This document shows, piece after piece, positions 1 to 6,776 of a stretch of DNA of 9,030 nt (its first letter is position 1; each line of letters starts with the position of its first letter). Position numbers and translations under genes: made by a program. Origin of the DNA: Breznakia blatticola (GTDB lineage: Bacteria; Bacillota_I; Bacilli_A; Erysipelotrichales; Erysipelotrichaceae); assembly GCF_004365815.1 (NCBI RefSeq), contig NZ_SODD01000064.1:1-9030 (forward strand), given 5' to 3'. The notes below the pieces were generated by a model, which saw nothing but the letters and a program-made list of their open reading frames with translations, was not told the DNA's origin and made no database searches.

Positions 1-6
1 GAATAT

Positions 7-16
7 CCTCTCCTTC
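7..16 (-). promoter_or_regulatory. Shine-Dalgarno-like element for a minus-strand gene that starts left of the window
   Basis: The reverse complement of 1-20 reads AGTTGAAGGAGAGGATATTC. GAAGGAGAGG lies 6 nt from the window edge, so any start codon is outside the window and unseen. Confidence 0.35.
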
Positions 17-96
17 AACTTTTGACTAGTTCTACTTTTTACTTTGCCAATTTCCATTGCAGTTTGAGGACTATATGCATGACTGCCCGTCACACG

Positions 97-127
97 AAAA
101 ACGAGCAGAATATTCGCTCGTTTTTTT
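97..127 (-). terminator. Intrinsic terminator hairpin downstream of amidase paralog 1 (bidirectional in form)
   Basis: The plus strand reads AAAA-ACGAGC-agaatattc-GCTCGT-TTTTTT. The 6-bp GC-rich stem is 101-106/116-121, flanked by an A run (97-100) and a T run (122-127). The T run is longer in the plus orientation, but the only gene ending nearby is the minus-strand amidase (stop at 163-165). Confidence 0.5.
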
Positions 128-162
128 ATATCCATCTTCCTATTTTGTTTTACACCTTTGTA

Positions 163-876
163 TTATTTATTCAACTCGTTCAGGATTCCATCAGCGATTG
201 CTTTTGCAATTGCCTTTTGACCTTTTTCACCGAGTATATATTTTCCATCAGATTCATTATCAATATATCCGACTTCAACTAATGCAGTTGGAACCTTTGC
301 AAATCCAACCATATGAAGTAAGCCTGTCCCATCAATAATTCCATTACTATTCGTATATTTTAATCCTTCAAGTTCTTTCATAATTGATGTCGCTAGTGCC
401 ATTGACGTTTCATTTGTGGTATCTGTAAAAGCCTCAACACCGGTTCTTGTTCCTTCATCACTTGCATTACAATGAATCGAGACTAAGTAGGTTGCGTTTA
501 CTTTCTTTGATTCATCAATTCGATGTTGCATATCATCTGCTTCAATTTCTGAATATAGTTCATCAGTAGTTCGTGAATATACAACATTCACGCCAGCATC
601 TTCTAAATTCTTACCAACTTTTTTGGCAATCGAAAGATTGATATCTTTCTCATACTTCCCATTATACGCAAGCGTTCCAGCATCAATTTCACCATGTCCA
701 GGATCAATATACACTGTTGCCTTTTTATTTTTATCATCATTTTGTGTGTTTGTATCACCTGTTGTAACATCATTAACTGTTGCTGAAGCGTTTTTGTCTT
801 CGAAAACAATGACTAGCCCAACAAGTAACACTGTCACTCCAAGTAGAATTTGCAAATATCGTCTAACTTTTCTCAT
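163..876 (-). CDS. N-acetylmuramoyl-L-alanine amidase, Amidase_3 family, CwlD-like membrane-anchored form (237 aa)
   Basis: The N-terminus has basic residues followed by a hydrophobic anchor (MRKVRRYLQILLGVTVLLVGLVIVF). Amidase_3 hallmarks are present: DPGHG (Zn His), YEKDINL (Zn Glu), SIHCNA (Zn His) and LVEVGY (catalytic Glu). Length and single-domain layout match B. subtilis CwlD (237 aa). There is no cell-wall-binding repeat domain. The stop is TAA at 163-165. Confidence 0.9.
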   Translation of the reverse strand: MRKVRRYLQILLGVTVLLVGLVIVFEDKNASATVNDVTTGDTNTQNDDKNKKATVYIDPGHGEIDAGTLAYNGKYEKDINLSIAKKVGKNLEDAGVNVVYSRTTDELYSEIEADDMQHRIDESKKVNATYLVSIHCNASDEGTRTGVEAFTDTTNETSMALATSIMKELEGLKYTNSNGIIDGTGLLHMVGFAKVPTALVEVGYIDNESDGKYILGEKGQKAIAKAIADGILNELNK

Positions 877-891
877 ACGAAGATTATAACA
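877..891 (-). promoter_or_regulatory. Extended -10 promoter (TGtTATAAT) placed for a leaderless amidase mRNA
   Basis: The minus strand reads TGtTATAAT-cttcgt-ATG. The TG is at 891-890, the -10 hexamer at 888-883, and a 6-nt gap puts the predicted +1 on the A of the ATG (876). There is no purine-rich SD. An in-frame TAA seven codons upstream, with no alternative start between it and the ATG, makes 876 the first possible start. Confidence 0.55.
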
Positions 892-913
892 AAGTTATGT
901 ATCCTTGGATATG

Positions 914-939
914 AAAAACGCACACTTTTATGTGTACGT
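914..939 (-). terminator. Intrinsic terminator of the ABC importer operon
   Basis: The minus strand reads ACGTACAC-ataaaa-GTGTGCGT-TTTT. The 8-bp stem includes one G-U pair and is followed by a T4 run. It starts 11 nt after the binding-protein stop (950-952). Confidence 0.6.
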
Positions 940-949
940 TTTCTGAACT

Positions 950-1939
950 TTATTCTCTTGCTTCAATTCGGCATTTTTCCGAAAGATCTAAATGTTTTTG
1001 TAAAAGATCGATGGTTAATGGTTTCGTATATTGTTTGGTCTGCTTTGATACCTTTTCTGGGTCAGCTTTCTCATTTTCATACACGGGAATTGGATAATTC
1101 TCAATGAGTTTTACCCGTCCTTTTTCAACAATACACTTTGCCATTTCTTTGGCAAGCTTAGTTTTTTTATCACTTCGTTTTACGACTACAATGGATTCTG
1201 TTAATGCATAATTACCTTCTTTTGGATCAACAAAATCAATAGGCAGCCCTTCTTTTTTATCTGCAACTGCTTGATGACGTAATCCAAAACCAATCGCTAC
1301 TTCTCCTGCGCGAACTTTCTTTAATGGTCCTGATCCTGAACTTTCTAAATGTGGTCCTGCATTACGCATAATTTTTACTAACAAGTCCTCTGCTTCTTTT
1401 TCTCCGTACGTATCAATCAAGGTTTGCACCAATAGCCACCCTGTACTTGAGCCAGCCATATCCACAATTGAGATATGGTCTTTATAGACTGGTTTTGCTA
1501 AATCCTTTATTGATGTTGGTACTGGTAAATTTGCTTCTTCTAATTCTTTTGTATTGATGATAAGTGAACCTTCGATCGCTAGCAATGGTGTACGATACTT
1601 CGGTGTTTGCTCTAAAGGTGCAACACTTTCATCTAAATTAACGAACATTTTATTTTCACTTTGTGCTGAATCTATATAATAGCTAGACATCGTTACGATA
1701 TCAGCTTCTACATCGATACCCTCTCCTAGAAGTTTTCCACCTAGTTCATTTGTTCCGTAGGCTTGAAGGATGTATTTGTTTTTAAAACCATTTTCATCAA
1801 GTACTTGTTTAATTACTTCTTGTGCTTCTTCATCTGCATTGGAATAAATAATCACTTTGCTTGATTCTTTTTTTGCACATCCACTTAACGTACAAGCAAG
1901 TAGAATGATGACAACGATGATTTTATTTAGCTTCGACAT
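950..1939 (-). CDS. ABC transporter substrate-binding lipoprotein (329 aa), iron(III)/thiamine-type periplasmic-binding fold suspected; substrate unknown
   Basis: The signal peptide has a lipobox (IILLACTLSGC, Cys21). The gene is last in an operon with an ABC ATPase and permease. Its size matches the TbpA/FbpA class of binding proteins. The start overlaps the permease stop by 17 nt. Confidence 0.8.
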   Translation of the reverse strand: MSKLNKIIVVIILLACTLSGCAKKESSKVIIYSNADEEAQEVIKQVLDENGFKNKYILQAYGTNELGGKLLGEGIDVEADIVTMSSYYIDSAQSENKMFVNLDESVAPLEQTPKYRTPLLAIEGSLIINTKELEEANLPVPTSIKDLAKPVYKDHISIVDMAGSSTGWLLVQTLIDTYGEKEAEDLLVKIMRNAGPHLESSGSGPLKKVRAGEVAIGFGLRHQAVADKKEGLPIDFVDPKEGNYALTESIVVVKRSDKKTKLAKEMAKCIVEKGRVKLIENYPIPVYENEKADPEKVSKQTKQYTKPLTIDLLQKHLDLSEKCRIEARE

Positions 1940-3566
1940 AATACCGTTTCTCGCTTTCTTTTTTTGTTAAATGGTTCATCAACGTTTTCATGATGATATT
2001 TGCAATAAAGATCAATAGTGATAACACAAAGATATCTGCAAACTTAGCAAAGTGTTGTAACTCTTTTATCTTTGTTGTAATGACACCTGTTTCTGCACCA
2101 ACTAAGAAAATAATTGCACTAATGGTTACCATAGAGTTTATAAAATAGTATGAGAACATTTCAAAAACTGTAGAAATTGAACATGGAATCATAACTTTAC
2201 GTAATGTTCCAAACCAACTATCACCAAGTAATCTTCCTGTTGTTTCAAATGATAAATTCATTTTCATAAAGGCATTTTTAATCATGACATATGGTGTTGA
2301 GAAAAAGTGTACAACATTACAAATGATAAGAATGATATATGTGTTTTGGATATTGGTTCCTTTAAATGCGAACATGAATCCAATCCCAACGACCATCCCT
2401 GGCAAAGCATTTGTTAGTGTGGATACGAAATCAATACTTCCACGAATCAGTTTTGGCATTTTCCCGCGCGCACTAATAATCGCTGCAACATAGGATACGA
2501 TCGTCCCACAAACTGCAGTAGCTATTGCCACAATAAATGAGTTTTTCACAACATCAAGTAAATTTGCACTTTGGAATGTCTCAATTACATGGACGAATGA
2601 GAAACTTATGTCATATGGCCACTCTTTGACAAATGGTAATATAAAGATAACGGCAAATACAGATACAACTCCAAGCATGATGCAAGCTGATACAATTCCA
2701 CAAAACCAGTTCTTCTTTTTCACTTCAGGTAGCATAACATCGGATATATTTTCATAGCGAACATTCATTTTCTCGATTTTACGTACAACGAGTACAGCTA
2801 CAATTGATGGTATTAACATCACTAAAGAAATAACTGCCCCATTATGGAAGTTAGGAATAGATCCTAACATTTGGTTATATAGTGTACTTGCAATAACTTC
2901 AAACTGTCCACCTATCGCTGCTGGAATTCCAAAATCCGTAAAACTTAAAAAGAACGTTTGAATAAATGCAATAACAAGTGTATATGCTAATGGTCGAAAT
3001 ACGGTATGGAAAAAGCGTCGCAATGGCGAGTCTCCCATTAGTATCGAAACCAAAAACTGTTTCTTATCGATGTATGTCATTGTGTTCTTTATTAGTACAA
3101 AAGCAATTGGTAATGTATAAATTAAATACCCAATTAGTAATCCATTAAACCCATACAGATTGAATGGTTGAAAGCCAAATATTTTAGTGAATACACCTTG
3201 TTTACCAAATGTATAAATAATAGCAAACCCATAGGTAATCGTTGGCATAAGCATCGGCATTGTTGCTACTAAATTAATTAGTTTCTTAAACCATTTTGGT
3301 ACACTTGTAAAATGAATGGTATATGCTAAAAAGAATGCAATACCTGTAGATAGTAATGCTGTAATACTCGCAATTAAAAAACTATTACTTAGTGAAGTAA
3401 CAAATCTCTCCTTACTAATGACCTTTACAATATTATCCAAACTTATGACACCATTTGTTTGAATAGCACGCATAAGTACTAGTACTAATGGATAAAATAG
3501 AAATATTGCAAATAATGCAAAGATAAAGATATATATGAGTTTTAATTCATGATTACGCTTAAACAT
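1923..3566 (-). CDS. ABC transporter permease, fused two-domain (ThiP/FbpB-like), 547 aa
   Basis: The protein is highly hydrophobic with about 12 predicted TM segments. It has two EAA-loop-like segments (SILMGDSPLRRFFHTVFRPL and ETTGRLLGDSWFGTLRKVMIP). I moved the start from the ORF-track ATG (3599) to the ATG at 3566, which is preceded by GGAG 7 nt upstream (ATTTGGAGACCAACATG). This start overlaps the ATPase stop by 8 nt (ATGTTTAA). Confidence 0.85.
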   Translation of the reverse strand: MFKRNHELKLIYIFIFALFAIFLFYPLVLVLMRAIQTNGVISLDNIVKVISKERFVTSLSNSFLIASITALLSTGIAFFLAYTIHFTSVPKWFKKLINLVATMPMLMPTITYGFAIIYTFGKQGVFTKIFGFQPFNLYGFNGLLIGYLIYTLPIAFVLIKNTMTYIDKKQFLVSILMGDSPLRRFFHTVFRPLAYTLVIAFIQTFFLSFTDFGIPAAIGGQFEVIASTLYNQMLGSIPNFHNGAVISLVMLIPSIVAVLVVRKIEKMNVRYENISDVMLPEVKKKNWFCGIVSACIMLGVVSVFAVIFILPFVKEWPYDISFSFVHVIETFQSANLLDVVKNSFIVAIATAVCGTIVSYVAAIISARGKMPKLIRGSIDFVSTLTNALPGMVVGIGFMFAFKGTNIQNTYIILIICNVVHFFSTPYVMIKNAFMKMNLSFETTGRLLGDSWFGTLRKVMIPCSISTVFEMFSYYFINSMVTISAIIFLVGAETGVITTKIKELQHFAKFADIFVLSLLIFIANIIMKTLMNHLTKKESEKRYYVEAK

Positions 3567-4311
3567 GTTGGTCTCCAAATAGTTTAAGAATATTATCACG
3601 TTTGATATGTAATTGATGCAAAATAAAGTTCTCTACAAACTTCGTTGCTGGTTTCTCAATTATCTCTTGTGGTGTTCCATATTGTGCAATCTTTCCACCA
3701 TCCAGTATAAGAACCTTATCTGAGAGCGTCAGCGCTTCTTCTGGATCATGAGTAACAATTATCGTAGTAAGCTTAAACTCTTCTGAGATTTGCTTAATCG
3801 TGTCTTTAATCGACTCTTTGATTACTCCATCAAGTGCACTCAATGGCTCATCTAACAATAATACCTTTGGTTTTAATGTTAGCGTTCTTGCTAGTGCCAC
3901 TCTCTGTTTTTGACCACCAGACAACTCATGAATTTCTTTATCTAAATGTTCACGTAAATCAAGTAGATCAATTAAGTCATCTACTTCTTCTTGTGTAGAC
4001 ACACTAGGGTTATTACGCCATCCATAAACGATATTACGTCCAGCACTTAAATGTGGAAATAAAGCATAATCTTGAAATACAATATTCAATCCGCGTTTCT
4101 CAATCGGTAGATGTGTAATATCTTTTCCATCTAGTTCAATAGTTCCTGCATCAATTTCTACAAGACCAAGCAAACAATTAAGCAATGTTGTCTTACCACT
4201 TCCACTTGAACCTAGTATCGAAACAATTTCACCATTATTTATTGATAAGCTAATATCTTCAAGTACAGTGTTATCACCATACGATTTATATAAGTTGTTT
4301 AAGGTTAGCAT
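3559..4311 (-). CDS. ABC transporter ATP-binding protein (250 aa)
   Basis: The motifs are Walker A GSSGSGKTT, Q-loop FQDYALF, signature LSGGQKQR, Walker B LLLDEP and H-loop VTHD. I trimmed the start to MLTLNNLYKSYG (ATG at 4311), which has GGAGAG 6 nt upstream. The 24 extra ORF-track codons are non-homologous and AT-rich. The protein is short, with no C-terminal TOBE-like extension. Confidence 0.92.
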   Translation of the reverse strand: MLTLNNLYKSYGDNTVLEDISLSINNGEIVSILGSSGSGKTTLLNCLLGLVEIDAGTIELDGKDITHLPIEKRGLNIVFQDYALFPHLSAGRNIVYGWRNNPSVSTQEEVDDLIDLLDLREHLDKEIHELSGGQKQRVALARTLTLKPKVLLLDEPLSALDGVIKESIKDTIKQISEEFKLTTIIVTHDPEEALTLSDKVLILDGGKIAQYGTPQEIIEKPATKFVENFILHQLHIKRDNILKLFGDQHV

Positions 4312-4340
4312 AAACTCTCTCCATTTTTCATATGTTACAC

Positions 4341-4369
4341 ATTTTACTAGATATATGAACATATAACAA
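4341..4369 (-). promoter_or_regulatory. Candidate sigma-A promoter proximal to the ABC operon (TTGTTA-17-TAAAAT)
   Basis: On the minus strand, the -35 TTGTTA is at 4369-4364, the spacer is 17 nt, and the -10 TAAAAT is at 4346-4341. This would give a leader of about 23 nt carrying the GGAGAG SD. It lies downstream of the 4420-4458 terminator. Confidence 0.45.
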
Positions 4370-4419
4370 TATAAAATCACCATTTATTGTTCATTTACTC
4401 ATTTTTAAACATTTTTTTG

Positions 4420-4458
4420 AACAAAACAAAAGGAAGTTCCGATTATATTGGAACCTCC
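4420..4458 (-). terminator. Intrinsic terminator/attenuator hairpin upstream of the ABC operon
   Basis: The minus strand reads GGAGGTTCC-aatataatc-GGAACTTCC-TTTTGTTTTGTT. The 9-bp stem includes one G-U pair and is followed by a U-rich tail. It lies 108 nt upstream of the ATPase ATG. Confidence 0.7.
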
Positions 4459-4550
4459 GCTCTTTGTTCTTGTACTAACGCTACCTTGAATTTTTCTCTC
4501 TTGGGTGTAACAGGATGAAATATAGGAACAAAGAGAGTCTATCCTGCTAC
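4459..4550 (-). ncRNA. Candidate structured RNA (cis-regulatory leader or small RNA), class unknown
   Basis: There is a 10-bp hairpin, GTAGCAGGAT (4550-4541) with ATCCTGTTAC (4516-4507). Its 24-nt loop contains CTCTCTTTGTTC. That loop segment is complementary to AAGAGAG (4502-4496) and is a perfect 10-nt match to GAACAAAGAG (4469-4460), which directly abuts the terminator. Confidence 0.4.
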
Positions 4551-4584
4551 ATATATTAAGAGACATAATTGTCCGTGAAACTTC

Positions 4585-4618
4585 AAAAAAAATTAAAAAA
4601 TCTCAGGTTTCCCTAAGA
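4585..4618 (-). terminator. Intrinsic terminator of amidase paralog 2
   Basis: The minus strand reads TCTTAGG-GAAA-CCTGAGA-TTTTTTAATTTTTTTT. The 7-bp stem has a GAAA tetraloop and a long U tract. The stem overlaps the TAG stop (4613-4615). Confidence 0.75.
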
Positions 4619-5320
4619 TTGATGTATTTTGGTTAATATTCCATTTGCAATAGCTTCAGCAATTTGCTGTCTTCCTGCTTCCGTTTGAATAAATGCATTA
4701 TCATCTTCATGATCTAAATATCCAATTTCAACTAGCGTTGTTGGCACTTCGGCAAAAATCACTAAATGCAGTAATTCAGTTGCATCAACAATTCCATTAT
4801 TATCTGTATAATTTACTTCCTCCAATTTCTCTTCAATGTTTTTTGATAATGAAAATGCCTCTGCATCATTTGGATCTGTATACACTTCAAAACCTTTTCT
4901 TGTACCATACTCGCTTGCATTACAATGAATTGAAACAAAGAAGTCTGCTTTTGCGACGACTGATAAATCAATTCGACTTTGTAAGTCATCTACATTTGAA
5001 GTGGAAAGTTGTACATCACTCGTACGTGAATAAACAACGTTCACTCCATTTTCTTTTAATATCTCTCCAATACGAAGTGCAATATCTAAATTAACATCTT
5101 TTTCATACATTCCGGACAAAGGTATCATTCCAGAATCAACATCACCATGACCTGCATCAATAAACACTGTTGTTTGTTGTTTCGATAATACCATTCGCTT
5201 CGATGGAAGCATGCGTACATGTTGAACAGCAGCAGTTGGTCCTTGATTATTTGATGTAACTCCCACAAGTAACATCAATACAGCAACCACGATGATTCCT
5301 AATCTTTTCAATGTTTTCAT
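4613..5320 (-). CDS. N-acetylmuramoyl-L-alanine amidase, Amidase_3 family, CwlD-like membrane-anchored paralog (235 aa)
   Basis: The N-terminal anchor is MKTLKRLGIIVVAVLMLLVGV. The catalytic blocks are DAGHG, YEKDVNL, SIHCNA and LVEIGY. The protein is collinear with the 163-876 product along its whole length. Confidence 0.9.
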   Translation of the reverse strand: MKTLKRLGIIVVAVLMLLVGVTSNNQGPTAAVQHVRMLPSKRMVLSKQQTTVFIDAGHGDVDSGMIPLSGMYEKDVNLDIALRIGEILKENGVNVVYSRTSDVQLSTSNVDDLQSRIDLSVVAKADFFVSIHCNASEYGTRKGFEVYTDPNDAEAFSLSKNIEEKLEEVNYTDNNGIVDATELLHLVIFAEVPTTLVEIGYLDHEDDNAFIQTEAGRQQIAEAIANGILTKIHQS

Positions 5321-5335
5321 GGTAGAAGTATAACA
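5321..5335 (-). promoter_or_regulatory. Extended -10 promoter (TGtTATACT) placed for a leaderless amidase mRNA
   Basis: The minus strand reads TGtTATACT-tctacc-ATG. The -10 hexamer is at 5332-5327 and a 6-nt gap leads to the ATG at 5320. There is no SD. An in-frame TGA lies seven codons upstream with no alternative start between. The geometry and the TTTGTTATA core are the same as upstream of the other amidase. Confidence 0.5.
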
Positions 5336-5381
5336 AAATCATATATATCAGACTACACTTTTTCTAACATCACATAACTTC

Positions 5382-5414
5382 ATAAAAAAGTGATGGAGAA
5401 AAACACTCCATCAT
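5382..5414 (-). terminator. Terminator-like hairpin with no cognate minus-strand gene upstream
   Basis: The minus strand reads ATGATGGAG-tgttttt-CTCCATCAC-TTTTTTAT. The 9-bp stem includes one G-U pair and is followed by a T6 run. The sequence upstream on that strand is antisense to the transposase gene. Confidence 0.5.
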
Positions 5415-5522
5415 CTTAAAAGACAATACAAAAGACAAATAAAAACTAAATTGGGTACTTTCTACACTGTATATGGAATTTCTAGTCAATCTTCTGTTGT
5501 ACAATTATAGAGGGTACCTTTT

Positions 5523-6776
5523 ATGCCTATTCGACAAGAAACAGCTAAATCCCACTTTTCCATTGCAAACAAGTCATTTGATAATGCTTGGAGATTACAA
5601 AGATATGATTCAACCAAGCCCACAATTCAAAAGATATTTACTGATCAATGGAGTGATTTTTTGAAAGATCCTCAAGTTGCTCACAATGGTTTTCGTGATG
5701 TGACTTTAAAAGAAGTCCAAAAGATGATGGACTGTGGAACCTTTGAATGTGGTTTTGAAATTTATGAGTGTCTCGCTTGTCATACAACCAGTGTTGTCTG
5801 TTATACATGTAAAAGCAGATTCTGTTCTTCTTGTGGTGTTAGATATGCTAAAGAACGAGCACTTGGTATTTCCGCAAATGCTTTAGATGTTCCTTATCGA
5901 CACCTAGTTTTTACGATTGATGAAGAACTAAGAGAGTATTTCTTAAGAGATAGAGAGATGCTACACCTTTTATTTAGTGCAGTCAAAGATACACTGTTTT
6001 ATGTTTTCGATAAAATCAATGGAAAAAAAGACACATTTACTCCAGGAATCATTATGGTTTTGCATACTTTTGGACGTGCATTAAACTGGAATCCACATAT
6101 TCATTGCTTAATCACTGAAGGCGGTATGAACAGTAAACATATTTATAAGAACATAAATTTCATCAATTATGAGTCATTGAGAAAATCATTTATGCGTACT
6201 CTATTGTATAAAATGAGAGACTCTTATGATGTGAATTCTAGAGAATACAAAAATTTCAAAAAACTAATAAGCAAGCTATATCGTGAGCATAAAAAAGGAT
6301 TCTATGTTTACGCTCCACCACTAGAAAACAGAAAAGGTAAAGACGCAATTATAAATTATATATTACGTTATACTGGAAGACCTGTAATGGCACAAAGCAG
6401 AATTATCCATTACAACAAAGATAAAAAAACAATCAAGTATTATTATGAGGATCATAAAACAAATGAACGCATTGAAGTAGAAGAACATGTATTTCTATTC
6501 ATGAAAAAACTTCTTCTTCATATTCCCGAACAACAATTTAAAATGATTCGCTATTATGGAATATATGCAACATGTAATCATTCTCATAAAGAGAAAATGA
6601 GAGTTTTACTTCCACGATTAGGAAAAGCAAAAGAGAGAGTATACTATCGTGGTGATTTAATAGAAACATTCGGAGTAGATCCGTTTTTATGTACATGTGG
6701 TCATTATATGGAATTCATAGATTACTATGTTCCATCAAGTAAAGGTGGTGATAAGAATGGACCAATATATAGCTAA
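5523..6776 (+). CDS. IS91-family transposase (417 aa), N-terminal zinc-binding domain plus HUH/Y2 catalytic domain
   Basis: The N-terminal Cys cluster is CGTFECGFEIYECLACHTTSVVCYTCKSRFCSSCG. The HUH motif is in HTFGRALNWNPHIHCLITEGG. The paired tyrosines are in NYILRYTGRP (YxxxY). IRYYGIYA and the C-terminal LCTCG motif are typical of the family. GAGGG lies 8 nt upstream of the ATG. There are no frameshifts or internal stops. Confidence 0.88.
   Translation: MPIRQETAKSHFSIANKSFDNAWRLQRYDSTKPTIQKIFTDQWSDFLKDPQVAHNGFRDVTLKEVQKMMDCGTFECGFEIYECLACHTTSVVCYTCKSRFCSSCGVRYAKERALGISANALDVPYRHLVFTIDEELREYFLRDREMLHLLFSAVKDTLFYVFDKINGKKDTFTPGIIMVLHTFGRALNWNPHIHCLITEGGMNSKHIYKNINFINYESLRKSFMRTLLYKMRDSYDVNSREYKNFKKLISKLYREHKKGFYVYAPPLENRKGKDAIINYILRYTGRPVMAQSRIIHYNKDKKTIKYYYEDHKTNERIEVEEHVFLFMKKLLLHIPEQQFKMIRYYGIYATCNHSHKEKMRVLLPRLGKAKERVYYRGDLIETFGVDPFLCTCGHYMEFIDYYVPSSKGGDKNGPIYS

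Noticed and set aside
22-1107. Plus-strand ORFs 22-282, 57-338, 623-889 and 850-1107, and minus-strand ORF 603-809.
   Set aside because: They lie antisense to, or out of frame within, the well-supported amidase and binding-protein genes, or span terminator and promoter DNA. Their translations are low-complexity and hydrophobic with no motifs and no SD. They are typical shadow ORFs in AT-rich sequence.
2284-2493. Plus-strand 69-aa ORF inside the permease gene.
   Set aside because: It is antisense to a strongly supported membrane protein gene, has no SD, and shows no recognisable features.
3567-3599. ORF-track N-terminal extension of the permease (MIIFLNYLETN).
   Set aside because: The internal ATG at 3566 has a GGAG SD and forms the classic ATGTTTAA overlap with the upstream ATPase stop. 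The extension would lie inside the ATPase coding region and has no SD.
4312-4383. ORF-track N-terminal extension of the ATPase (MVILYCYMFIYLVKCVTYEKWREF).
   Set aside because: ABC ATPases begin a few residues before the beta-strand that precedes Walker A, as MLTLNNLYKSYG does. The ATG at 4311 has a GGAGAG SD. The extension overlaps the predicted promoter and leader.
4420-4560. Known riboswitch identity for the ABC leader, particularly TPP (given ThiBPQ-like transporter sizes), T-box or preQ1-I.
   Set aside because: The invariant TPP CUGAGA and the ACCUGAUCUGGAUAAUGCCAGCG-type cores are absent; only loose ACCC and AGCGU resemblances exist. There is no T-box GGUGGUACC motif or specifier architecture. 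The preQ1-like ACACCC...AAAAA..CAAGG resemblance fails because the enclosing loop is far too large. I therefore left it unclassified.
4693-5094. Plus-strand 133-aa ORF inside amidase paralog 2.
   Set aside because: It is antisense to a motif-rich amidase gene. Its His/Leu/Gln-rich translation is typical of a reverse-frame artefact.
5473-5664. Plus-strand 63-aa ORF overlapping the transposase start in another frame.
   Set aside because: It has no SD. It overlaps the transposase N-terminus, which does have a good SD at 5523. It has no recognisable features.
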